The notes under the pieces are model-generated. The model saw only the letters and a program-made list of their open reading frames with translations, did no database searches and was not told where the DNA came from. The position numbers and the translations under genes were made by a program. Shown here piece by piece: positions 34,735-45,079 of a stretch of 64,000 nucleotides of DNA. Each line of letters starts with the position of its first letter. Within the stretch, counting starts at the first letter, position 1. The stretch comes from Rebecca billardiae RCC1528 (taxonomy: Eukaryota > Protista > Haptophyta), in the NCBI GenBank assembly GCA_965240325.2, contig OZ251223.1, positions 3,472,001-3,536,000 on the forward strand. Reading direction: 5' to 3'.

Positions 34735-37033
34735 ATGCTCGACGATCGAACGCAAGCGAGGGTGGACGACGCGGGCGGCTGGACGCTCGTCGGTCCGGCG
34801 GACGATGACTCTCACATGCTCCCGTGGCAGGCGGTGGACCCGATCGAGACGACCGTCCTGCACCGCAAAGTCGGTGTGCTGTCCATGGTGTGCATTGCGT
34901 TCTTCTGGGTCTCGGGCGGTATCTATGGCAACGAGGAGCTGATGGGTGCCGGTCCGGGCCTGTACGTGCTCATGCTTCTCGTGCTCACCCCGCTTTTCTT
35001 CAGCCTACCGATCGCGCTCATTACCGCGGAGCTCGCGACCGTGTACCCCATCGATGGCGGCCAGTGCGTGTACGTGCAGCGCGCCTGTGGTGACGCCGTT
35101 GGCGGCCACAACTGCTACTATGTCTTCGTGATCAACGTGGTCGACGCGGCGATCTACCCGCTGCTCGCGTGCCAGTACCTCGGGTATCATGTGCACATCA
35201 CCTACCTCCAGAGCCGCGCACTCTGCATCGCCATGATCGGGGTCGTCACGACGATTAACCTGTTTGGTGCGCTGCCTGCACCCGCCTGCAACCCCCGCCC
35301 CCGCCCCCGCCGCTCCCACTCCCGCCTTCCGCCGGATCGCACGTGCGCGCATCTCCATGCCCGTTGACCGCGCCCCCGCACTCGATGGCGCTGCCCTGCC
35401 CGCCGGTCGGATGCGCCTAGGCCTCGAGGTGCTCACGCGCTTCCAGGGGATAATCTTCATCGTGACGCTCATGCCGTGCGTGGTGTTCATCGTGAGCGCG
35501 CTGCCCTCGCTGGATCCCGCCGCGTTCACGCGCACGGACGGCGCGCCCGTCGACCTCGCTCTGCTGATCTCGTGGACGCTGTGGCTCTACTCCGGCTTCT
35601 CCTCGCTCGGCACGATCGCCGGCGAGGCCAAGTCGCCCACCAAGACGTACCTGCAGACGATTGCCATCCTCTTCCCGCTCGTGATCGCGCTCAACATGCT
35701 GCCGTTCATGGCCGCCCTGTCCGTGGACGGGGACATCAGCCACTACTCGGCGGGGTATTTCACGAAGCTCGCCGAGCACGTGCTCCCGCAGCCATTCGGC
35801 GGCGCCCTTCGGCTCGCCTTCGTGATCGGCTCCAACGTTGCGCTGATCGGTCTGTACAACTCGCAGGCGATCACGGCGCAGTGCACCGCCTTCTTCTTCG
35901 TCGAGAGCCGCGCCGAGCTGCAGCAGATGCGGCTTCGCGCCCTGGAGATGGCCAAGCGCATGCCGACGACCTCCGCCGCAATCACGCGCTGGCTGCTCGA
36001 CGTACCCTCGAGCGGCGTACCCCGGGTGTACGTGCTGCTCACCGCGGGCGCGTGCTCGGCGCTGGTCTGGCTGCCGTATGGCATGCTCGTCGAGTTTGAG
36101 GTGCTGCTGTACTGCCTGAGCAAGCTGCTCTTCTTCTACTCGTTCATCTTGCTCCGTGCCGCGCACAGCGACGTGCCGCGCAAGTTCCAGGTGATGCCCG
36201 GCGTGAGGGGCGCGGTCGCACTCGCTGTGATCCCGGCGCTCATCTGCGTGGTCAACCTGTACGTCGGGCTGTACGTGTCCCCGGGCACGGGCGGCGGGCA
36301 GCGCCGGCTGGAGGGCGAGGGGGACGAGGGGGACGAGCGAGAACTGCTCGGGGTGAACAGCGCGGATGCGTGGGTCCCCGGGCCCAACTTCAAGCAGCAG
36401 GCCTTCATCAGCGTGCTGCTGCTCGGCGGCTTCATGCACGCCACGTACTCCATCCTGATCTCCATCCCGACCGCCGAGCTCGAGGTGCTGCCGCCCGAGC
36501 TGCCGCTCGAGCAACCGCTGCTGCCCACGCGGCGAGCCGGTGAGGCAGACCACATGACGCTGGTCGCGGCTGCGCCCGGCACCGAGCACGAGGCCGTCCT
36601 CGTGCCGCAGACCGCGCACGCACCGCCGGGCTCCCTCACGTCGTACAACGCGGAGGAAATCGTCGACTCCGTGCTGCCACGGCTCGCAGAGGAGGTGGAC
36701 ATGATACTCGACACCGACCCGCACGGCGTGGTGCTCAACCGGAACGACATCGTGCGCCGCTACTACGGGACGGTCTGCCGCCAGCGGCTCGTCACGACGC
36801 CGCGCACGCGGACCGAAGCAGACTTGCCGGCAGCGGACGAGGAGGAACCCGCCACGCCTGGCGGGCGCACGAGCAGGAGATCGCTGCTCGAAAGACTCAG
36901 CTTCTTGGGCGGCAGCGGTGCCAACATCTGGCGCGGCACAGGCGACGAGGACGAGGACGGCCATCCCCGGGCGGCCGCGCCCCCTGCGGCGCCCCCGGCC
37001 GCGACTGAGGGCGCGCCAGGTCAGCTGCTCTAG
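34735..37033 (+). CDS. APC-superfamily polyamine/amino-acid transporter (plant PUT/LAT-like), intron 35267..35420
   Basis: VCIAFFWVSGGIYGNE, PIALITAELATVYPIDGG, LWLYSGFSSLGTIAGEAKSPTKTY, multiple TM segments. Splicing gives INLFG/LEV. Confidence 0.9.
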
Positions 37034-37458
37034 CTCTTTAGTTCCGGTCAGTTCGTCTCTGCCCTGCCACATCAGTGCCACTACTGCCAGTGCGGCCGAC
37101 CAGTCGGGCAGTCTGTGACTGCAGTACGGTGACTGCCACTGGCGCAGTAGCTTGGCATGCCTTGATCGCGATCCCTTTGAGTCCGCCTTCAGGCTCAGCG
37201 GCCCTTCAATGACAACGGACTATGACAAGATGAAGATCATCATCACTCATATCTTAGTACATCGTCAGGGCGGAGAGTTACCAGGCCTCAGCAGGGCGCC
37301 GCGGACGGTCCGCGAAGGCACTAACTAAGCTGCTACTGATGTACAGTGCATGGCCGCTGCGCCTTCAGCCCCAAGGGCAAGGCGGCCCCTGGCGGCCTAA
37401 GACTGCAAAATTGTAGCTCGCTCGAAACACCCAGCGGCGCTACTACGCATACTCATGC

Positions 37459-38403
37459 TCAGTGCTGTCGCAAGGTGATGGGAGAGCACACATTCGCCTT
37501 GAAGCGGTCGAATTCAGATGGAGGCGAGGTGCCAAAATCAGCTCGGCGGGACATGACTTGTGTCTGGTACGCCTCATACTGCTCTCGCTGCGCCCCGTTG
37601 ATCCGCGGACGCGTGAGTACCTGGCCGATGGTGGTGAGCTGCGCGGCTGCGTTGATCCAGATACCGCCGCAGCAGCACAGCAAGTACAGAGCGGCGACTC
37701 CGCCGATCACAAAGATGACGATGCGCATATCCGTGAGGGTTGCGCCATCGGCAAGGGTCCCCGCTGCGAAGGCGACAAAGCCGGCCGGGATCGTGATCGT
37801 TGCGAGGGCGAACCAGAAGAGCATCAGGTAGAAGAAGCGAATGTTGTGCGCCGCCACGCAGTTGCCCACCCACGGGCAGTGATGGTCGAGGTCAAGGAAG
37901 CAGCGGTGGCAGGTTGGGCAGTGGTTGGCCATTGGCGGCCTCCAGAGCGAGCAGTGCCAGCACCAGCGGAACGTGACTTCCGTGCCATCGGGCAGGACGC
38001 GCTTGCTCGTTGTCTGCTGCTGGACAGGCGGCGCCGGCGGATCGCCCTGCTTCCTTCCCTTCTTCGAAGCCGTCGAGGGCGGAGGAGGCGCCTGCTCGTC
38101 GGCTGCAGGCTCGCTGGGCACGGGGAAGAGCTCGACTGATCCTGGGTCGACAACGTTTGTGAGGAGAAGGAAGCCGCAGGCGGTCGCGGCGAAGAGGAGC
38201 TGTAATATACCGAGGACGCCAAGCGCGAGGGCCATCTTGGTTTGCTGCATGCCAAACTGGTAGCCTCCAAGCGCCATAACCCCCATTTGCGACGGAAGGG
38301 CAAGCGCGACTGCTGTGAACACCACAGCAGATGGTCCGAAGAAGCGCTCGCGCGCGTGCATCTTCTTCCGCGCGGGCGTGGGCTTCTGCTCCATCCAGAC
38401 CAT
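37459..38403 (-). CDS. DHHC protein S-acyltransferase
   Basis: DPG; RWCWHCSLWRPPMANHCPTCHRCFLDLDHHCPWVGNCVAAHNIRFF; four TM segments. Confidence 0.95.
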   Translation of the reverse strand: MVWMEQKPTPARKKMHARERFFGPSAVVFTAVALALPSQMGVMALGGYQFGMQQTKMALALGVLGILQLLFAATACGFLLLTNVVDPGSVELFPVPSEPAADEQAPPPPSTASKKGRKQGDPPAPPVQQQTTSKRVLPDGTEVTFRWCWHCSLWRPPMANHCPTCHRCFLDLDHHCPWVGNCVAAHNIRFFYLMLFWFALATITIPAGFVAFAAGTLADGATLTDMRIVIFVIGGVAALYLLCCCGGIWINAAAQLTTIGQVLTRPRINGAQREQYEAYQTQVMSRRADFGTSPPSEFDRFKANVCSPITLRQH

Positions 38404-38717
38404 GCGCGCGACCGTGGCAGAAACCACGCACAAACCGAACGACGTTGCCTGGTGGCGCGGGTCGACCGCCTTGTTGCGCTGTTGCTCAGCGCGGCACCGG
38501 CTCAACAAGCTCAAAGCGGCGCAAGTGCTCCGGGAAGTTGCGATGATGCTCCGGACACGTTGCCGGGCGGCGTCCTCCGCACGACGTTGGATCAGGCCCG
38601 CGCGATGTGCTGAGTGCACGATCGTGTCGCCCGATCGTCGGCGCGCGAGTGCACGGCGGCGAGTGCACGATCGTGTCGGGGGCTGGCTCGTCACGCTGCG
38701 AACTCGGCGCGCCAGCG

Positions 38718-41561
38718 ATGGCGCAGCAAGGGCACGTGAGCTTGGCGGAGATTCTGCAGGAGCTCAGACTTGAGGGATACGCGCTGACGCTGGAGGAGTA
38801 CGGCATCCGCAGCCTCGCAGACCTCCCCGACGATGCCGACGCGCGCGACGAGCTGCTTGCGGAGCTCGGCATCACGCCAAATGACCGCCATCGCCTTGAC
38901 CTCGTGCGCACCGACCCAGCCAGCCTTGTGCGCATGTCGCGCAAGTATGCGCCCCCTCCAGCCTTCGATGCAGCGAGCGTACGCGAGCAGCGCCGGGCCT
39001 TCGAGGCACAGAAGCTCGCGTTCGAGGTGGACGTTGCGGCGGCGGGCGCGTTTGAGCCTGCCAGGTTCAGCCAAGTCGCGGCCGAGCGCACGGAGGCCGC
39101 GCTGAACACGCGGCCCGTACACGTCATTGATCCTACGCCATTCCGCTCGGCTGAGACTACTGCGCTCTTCAGCCCGGATCAGCTCGAGCAGCTCGAGCGC
39201 GATCGGCTGCTTGTGCTCGACCGAGCGCTGCCCGCCGCCATCGTGAACGCCGCGCGCGCCGAGGCCGCTCGACTCGAGCTCGAGCCGACCATCCAAGGCG
39301 AGACGCGCGCGCAGCGTGGAGACTCAATCGCGTGGGTGGATGTACGAGATGGGGCGCACCGATACGGGAGAGCGAACGACGCGTTGGCACACACGGCACA
39401 GCTGCTGTGTGCAGTGTGCGCGGAGCTGAGCGCGCGCCTCACGCCGCCCTCGGGGATCCCGGAGCGGGTGATGGTGGCACGGTACCGCTCAGGCGACGCG
39501 TACCCGCCGCACTTTGACGCTCCCGCGCGGGACGTCCGGGGGGGCTCGCAGCCCGCCGACGAGCGCTCGCGGCGCGTGTGGACGATACTTGCGTACCTCA
39601 ATGAGGGGCAGTGGACGGCGGAGCGTGGCGGCGCGCTCAAATGGACGCTGGCCAGGGAGAGCGGTGGCAGCCGCGCAGCTCCGGCGCCGGCGCGGCGCTC
39701 GGGCGAGGTACTCCCCGTGGGTGGGCGCGTCGTCATCTTCGACTCGACCGCGATCCTGCACGAGGTGCTGCCGACGGCGCACGGCTGTGAGCGCTTTGCG
39801 ATGACCATGTGGACAGTCGACCCCCGCCCGACCGACCGGCCGGGCGCTGCAGGGGCGAGCACCGCCGCTGCGCTGCCTGCGCCGCACGGCCCGTTTGCTC
39901 CGGCAGCGACCGCGCACGCCGAGCACGAGGACGAGCCGTGCGGGCCGACGGACGCGCTCGTCCTCTTCGCCTCGGTGGGCGCCCCGCTCGAGTCGTGCGC
40001 GGGCACGAGCAGCGTGGCGATCGAGACAGCCGACCTCCTCCAGCTGCTGGCGCGCGGCGGCGTGCCGTGCGCGCACGTTGGCATCGCGGCCGAGGAGGTC
40101 TGCGGGCGTGAGCCGTTGGGCGCGCAGACCGAGACTGCTCCGCACCCGACGGCGGTGGCGCACGCCGCTCAGTACGCCGCGTCTGTGCGCGCGCGGCTCG
40201 GCAGTTCGCCCGCAGTCGACTGGGGATCGGTCGAGCACGGCGCGCTGCTGCGCACGCTCACGCTCCAGCCCGCACTCGCCGCTGCGAGTGCAGAGAGAGG
40301 GCGCACCGCGCAGCCAGCGCCGCTGTGGACCCGACCGCTCTCCCGCGCCTCGCGCGGCCGCCGCACCCCGCTGGTGCTCGTGCTCGACGGTTACGACGTG
40401 CTGCACGGCGTGTCGGTGGGCGCGCTCAGGGCGGCGGCGCTCGCGCAGCTCGGGCGCGGCTCCGGGCCTGCGCAGCGAGCGCACGCTGCTCAGCACTGGG
40501 AGGTGGTCACGGTGGTGCGCGCCGTCTGCGAGACAACGCGCGTGCGCGCTGAGAGCGCGCGCGCACTCGGCGAGGCCGACTTTGCGTGGGTGCCGGCTGC
40601 GAACACCGCAGAGACGCTGCGTGCGAGCGGGGTGGTCGATACGCTGCGCGTGCGCACCCTGCCTCAGCTCGCGCGGCCAGGGCCGGCTCCCGCGCCAGCC
40701 GCTGCCTGTGCCGAGGCCGAGCTCGCCGCCGAGCCCCCAGGAGCCGCCGAGCCCGCGGCGGGCGGCCGCTCTCGCCGCTTCCGCTTCCTCTGCGTGCTGG
40801 TCGGCGTGCACGGCTGGCACTTCAGCCGCAAGGGCGTGGACGTGCTGCTGCGCGCATTCGCTTCCGCCTTTGGCCCCGCCGCCAAGGCGCTGGCGGGTGC
40901 GCCGGCTGCAGCGTCGGAGGGCGCGTCAGCCCGCGCGCGAGCCGACGCAGCTGCGCGCGCGCCCGAGCTGCTGCTCAAGCTGGGCACAGCCGCGGACGCG
41001 TCTGCCCTGCAGGCCGCCATCGAGCAGAGCGGGCTGGGCGGCTGCGTGGGGACGCAGCTGCAGCTGCTCCACGGCTGGACGAGCGCTGCCGAGGTTCGAG
41101 AGCTCGTAGCCGGGTGCGACGTGCTCGTGATGCCCTCGAGAGGCGAGGGGTGGTGCCGCCCGCTCGCCGATGCGATGGCCGCGGGCAAGCCGGTCGTCGG
41201 CGTCCCAGCGTGCGGCGGGCCTGCCGACTTCCTGGACGAGACGGTGGGCTGGACGGTGCGCGCCGAGGCGACACCCGTGTGCTGGGTCGCAGGCGGCGAT
41301 CCGCGCATGGGCGTGGTGAGCGCGCCAGAGCTGGGCTCGTGGGCGGAGCCGAGTGCGGATCACCTCGCCGCAATCATGAGCGAGCTGCATGCCTGTGGCG
41401 GCGTGCGAGACGAGGGCGTGGCCGCGCGCGCTCGAGCAGCGCAGGCGCGGATGCTGTCTACGTACTCCGAGGACGCACTCCAGGCTCGTGTAATCGAACT
41501 CGTCGGAGAAGCTGTCGAGGTGGCACGCTGTGCTGGCGGCAGTACCGCCGGCAGTAGATAG
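38718..41561 (+). CDS. Fusion protein: SAM-like domain + EGLN/PHD-like 2OG-Fe(II) prolyl hydroxylase + GT4 (GT-B) glycosyltransferase
   Basis: SLAEILQELRLEGYALTLEEYGI..LADL..LLAELGI..DRHRL (SAM). RGDSIAWV, MVARY..YPPHFD, TILAYLN, GGAL, RVVIFDS, HEVLP, RFAMTMW (PHD-like). RKGVDVLLRAF, DVLVMPSRGEGWCRPLADAMAAGKPVV (GT4). Single uninterrupted ORF. Confidence 0.85.
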   Translation: MAQQGHVSLAEILQELRLEGYALTLEEYGIRSLADLPDDADARDELLAELGITPNDRHRLDLVRTDPASLVRMSRKYAPPPAFDAASVREQRRAFEAQKLAFEVDVAAAGAFEPARFSQVAAERTEAALNTRPVHVIDPTPFRSAETTALFSPDQLEQLERDRLLVLDRALPAAIVNAARAEAARLELEPTIQGETRAQRGDSIAWVDVRDGAHRYGRANDALAHTAQLLCAVCAELSARLTPPSGIPERVMVARYRSGDAYPPHFDAPARDVRGGSQPADERSRRVWTILAYLNEGQWTAERGGALKWTLARESGGSRAAPAPARRSGEVLPVGGRVVIFDSTAILHEVLPTAHGCERFAMTMWTVDPRPTDRPGAAGASTAAALPAPHGPFAPAATAHAEHEDEPCGPTDALVLFASVGAPLESCAGTSSVAIETADLLQLLARGGVPCAHVGIAAEEVCGREPLGAQTETAPHPTAVAHAAQYAASVRARLGSSPAVDWGSVEHGALLRTLTLQPALAAASAERGRTAQPAPLWTRPLSRASRGRRTPLVLVLDGYDVLHGVSVGALRAAALAQLGRGSGPAQRAHAAQHWEVVTVVRAVCETTRVRAESARALGEADFAWVPAANTAETLRASGVVDTLRVRTLPQLARPGPAPAPAAACAEAELAAEPPGAAEPAAGGRSRRFRFLCVLVGVHGWHFSRKGVDVLLRAFASAFGPAAKALAGAPAAASEGASARARADAAARAPELLLKLGTAADASALQAAIEQSGLGGCVGTQLQLLHGWTSAAEVRELVAGCDVLVMPSRGEGWCRPLADAMAAGKPVVGVPACGGPADFLDETVGWTVRAEATPVCWVAGGDPRMGVVSAPELGSWAEPSADHLAAIMSELHACGGVRDEGVAARARAAQARMLSTYSEDALQARVIELVGEAVEVARCAGGSTAGSR

Positions 41562-41824
41562 CACTGCCGGGCACGGAGCCAGATAGCTGTAGTACGTTGA
41601 TGGATAATGAAGCTCGTCTACTAGTAGATCTGCTCTCTCTCAGTCTCTGCTCTGCTTAGGACTGCTCTCTCTCTCAGACTCAGAGTCAGTGACTCAGTCT
41701 CTCCGTCGTCTGCGCTCATGTCCGGACTCGTCACTCTGACGATGCTCGTCACTCTGCTCTCTCTATACTACGGTCATGTCGCGACGGCCGCCAGTACATT
41801 CTCAACATATCTAGCAGCAGGGAT

Positions 41825-43513
41825 TCAGCTGCTGCCGCCACCGAAAACGCTGCGACCGCCTCGCCCGGCCTGCAGCTCTTCCAACGCATTGGGCGTGAGT
41901 GGCCAGGTGCCCGGGATGGTGCACTTCTGGACGAGCGCGCGGAGCGAGTCGTGGGTGAGGGCTGAGACAGGCTGCAGCCCGACCGGGCGCATGCGTGCGA
42001 CGCGAAGGCGGCCTTCCCGGGCCTGAAGCTCGGCCGGGCTCGCCGTGTCCCGCTTGGTTGTCGCGCTGAGCGGGACCCAGGCCGAGCAGTAGGGCGGGCA
42101 CATGTGCAGTCGGCCGCCCACTTTCATCATGCCGAGAGTGACGATGTGCGAGAGCGAGGCGGGCAGAGGGTTGCACGGGTTGCGACGGCTGTCGAGGAGC
42201 TGCTCGCAGCCCGCTTCGTCGGGCCACTCCTCCCAGCTCTCTGCACGCGGCAACGCCTTGGCGAACGTCGCGTTGACCCACACGTGTACCTTCACGCACG
42301 CCAGCTGGTCGATGAGTGCCGCTGGCGTGGCGGTCGGTGGCGAGCCCGCTTCGCAGCCCTCCGGCGTGCGCTCCGTGCCCGGCGACGAAGTGTCGCGAGT
42401 GGGCGTGCCGGGTGGCGGCCGGCGCGCGTCGACCACTTTGCCCCCATTCTTCTCGAACAGCGCGAAGCGCTCGTCAAAGTGCGCGGAGAAGCGCTCGTAG
42501 ATGCGCAGGTCCCACGGCGCCACCTCGCGCATCAGCGCATCACAGTCGAGCGCGGCCCCGCACGGCTGGCGGACGCGCCGAATGATGGCGGAGCACGTGT
42601 CGGCGTTTTTGCCGCAGTCGGGCACGCGGTGCTGGCTCTCCTGCACGAGACGCCAGCCGCGCACGATCGGCGTGACGTGCTCCGTCGTGTGCGACGAGAA
42701 GTCGAGTCCGGTGATGTCGGAGAGCATGCGCAGACCGTCCTGGAAGCGCTCGACCGGCCACACGAGGTCAAACGAGTGCAGGTAGCGGCTGATGGTCTCG
42801 AAGTGGTACTGGTTGATCTCGGGGTTGCGCGAGACGACCTTGGACGTGTTCCTGCCACCCACGTCGAAGTACAACGCGCGCGTCTGGAAGTTGCGCGTGT
42901 GCCGCGCCCAGTCGGCAAAGTCGAACGCCTGCAGCCCGAACACACGCCAGAAGAAGTACGATCGGTAGAAGTTCAGCGGCGTGCGGATGCGCACGGCGAG
43001 CACCGGGCGGCAGGCGGTCGCACGCAGAGCCAGGATGGAGCCATGCAACGTGCTCATCCGGGTCCACGGATCGGGCTTCCCGGCGTTCCCCCCGTTCATG
43101 AGCGCCGCCTTGCGGCTGTACAGGTCAGTGTTGTAGTTGTATGTCCCGTGGGCCTCGACGCAAAGGCGCAGTCGCGGCGGCGGGGCGCCGATGGCCTGCG
43201 TGGCGTTGATCTCGGCGTGAAGCCGTTGCACGCCACGCGGCCACACCTTCGGGTACTGCTTGTAGCCCCAGTACGTGCACGAGCCCGCCTTCTGCAGTTG
43301 CTCGAGGATGGCGCGCATTGTCGACCCTCCCGTCTTGGGGATGTGCCAGTCGACGAAGACGAGGCAGCGCGGCTCGCGACGCTCGACATAGCACGATGGC
43401 TGCTGGATCTGGGCCGGCCGGTCGCGGGCCAGCCAGCCGAGGGACAGTGGGTGGACGGGCGAGACGAAAAGGGCGAGCAGCGCGCCAAGAACTCGGATCG
43501 AGGAGGGCGCCAT
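41825..43513 (-). CDS. Golgi/secreted carbohydrate sulfotransferase-like protein
   Basis: Signal/TM IRVLGALLALFV; 5'-PSB motif FVDWHIPKTGGST; 3'-PB-like RIRTPLNFYRSYFF; NFQ...FDLVWPVERF. Confidence 0.75.
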   Translation of the reverse strand: MAPSSIRVLGALLALFVSPVHPLSLGWLARDRPAQIQQPSCYVERREPRCLVFVDWHIPKTGGSTMRAILEQLQKAGSCTYWGYKQYPKVWPRGVQRLHAEINATQAIGAPPPRLRLCVEAHGTYNYNTDLYSRKAALMNGGNAGKPDPWTRMSTLHGSILALRATACRPVLAVRIRTPLNFYRSYFFWRVFGLQAFDFADWARHTRNFQTRALYFDVGGRNTSKVVSRNPEINQYHFETISRYLHSFDLVWPVERFQDGLRMLSDITGLDFSSHTTEHVTPIVRGWRLVQESQHRVPDCGKNADTCSAIIRRVRQPCGAALDCDALMREVAPWDLRIYERFSAHFDERFALFEKNGGKVVDARRPPPGTPTRDTSSPGTERTPEGCEAGSPPTATPAALIDQLACVKVHVWVNATFAKALPRAESWEEWPDEAGCEQLLDSRRNPCNPLPASLSHIVTLGMMKVGGRLHMCPPYCSAWVPLSATTKRDTASPAELQAREGRLRVARMRPVGLQPVSALTHDSLRALVQKCTIPGTWPLTPNALEELQAGRGGRSVFGGGSS

Positions 43514-43716
43514 CACGGTCCCGAGCCCCCCCGGCCCAGCGTGCGCACCCCGGCCACGCCCGTCCGGGCGGGAGGCAAAGATTCCGGCCCGAAGATTCCA
43601 GCCCGTTGTGTGAGCGCCGGTTGCTCTGGTTGCATCCAGTCCTGACCATCCATCTGGAAGGTGGACGCTGACGTGGCGCACGGCGGCGGCGGCGACTCTC
43701 GACTTGGAGGAGCAAC

Positions 43717-44825
43717 ATGGCCCTGGTTGTGATGGCGATGGCGGCCTTGGCGTACACGCCATCCGCGACGATGCGCACGCAGGCACACCACGGTGGCGCT
43801 GGCTCACGCCTCGCGCGATCTGCTGTCTCCACGAGAGCAGCAAGACCAACGGCGCTCCGGATGGGCCTGTTTGGCGGCCTCTTCGGCGGGAACAAAGGGG
43901 ACGAGTCGGAGGATCCGCGGATGTCGCAGTCCGGAGATATGGGGGGTGCACTCGGTATGCCCATGAAGGAGAACAAGTACTTCGACATGATCAATAACAT
44001 CTCTGCGCCCGAGCTCGTGCAGAACTTTGCCGAGACCGCGCCGGACGAAGTGCAGCAGGCAGTGCGAGCGACTATCATGGGTCTGTTCGGCACCCTCCCG
44101 CCGGGCATGTTCGAGTCAGCCGTGATCTCTCCGGGAAAGAACGTTGCCTCGCTGCTGTACTCTATGCAGATGACCGGCTACATGTTCAAGAACGCGCAAT
44201 ACAGGCTGAGCCTCAAGCAGTCACTTGACAAGGCCAAGGCAGCGCTGCCAGGCGAGCTGGGCACCGGTGCAGACGCCGAGGATGCGAAGCTGCCCAAAGT
44301 GTCGGGCAAGGTGACAGTTGATATTGGCGGCCGCAAGGTTGAGGTGGACGCGGAGAGTTACGTCGCGGATCTCCACAAGGAGGTGAGAGCAGCTTGCGTC
44401 CTGCGCAACGCGTCGCCAGCCCCGACCAGCGCCACCCGGCAAACGCTCCCCGCTGATGTGCTCGTGCGCCCCCCGCCGCCCACGTGCCCCCGCAGGTTAA
44501 GGCGCTCAAGGCGGCCCTAGCTCGAGCTGAGGAGGTTTCCGCTGGCAAGGCTGCGGCGGGCGGTGGCCTGCTGTCGTACCTGCAGTCGCTGCCACGCACG
44601 CAGATCTCGGAGCTCACGTCATCTGTTACGCCTGAGGTTCTGGAGTGCATGCAGATGCTGGTCGAGGCGGTGCTTGGTCGCGATGCGATGACCTTCGGAG
44701 CGGGGGACGTCATTGTCGAGACGTCTGGCATGAAGATGCGCGAGCTGCTCGTCTGGCAGCTTGTCACTGGGTACAAGCTGCGTGAGCTCGAGGCGCGTGA
44801 GGAGCTCAACAAGCTCGTCTCATGA
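43717..44825 (+). CDS. DUF760 family protein, probably plastid-targeted (intron 44383..44495)
   Basis: Two DUF760-like repeats (PDEVQQAVRATIMGLFG...LLYSMQMTGYMFKNAQYRLSL and LLSYLQSL...PEVLECM...LVWQLVTGYKLRELEAR). Signal peptide plus transit-like leader MALVVMAMAALAYTPS. Confidence 0.85.
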
Positions 44826-45079
44826 GTCCGTAGCTAGTCTCTTTCGTCAGCACAGTCTGCACATCATCGAGTGCGCTTGTACTAATGTTCAGTCGTCGTA
44901 GGAATGTACAGTAATAAGGCTATGACGACTAACAGACTCAGAGTCCACTGCTGTAAATCGATATCATCATCAATAAAATACGCGCTTTAAATAATAATAC
45001 GTTAATATTTAATTCCGGTCTGTCCGGCACACCGAATACCCGGCGTCACCTCGTCCTAGAGATGTCAGAGGAGTGATAA

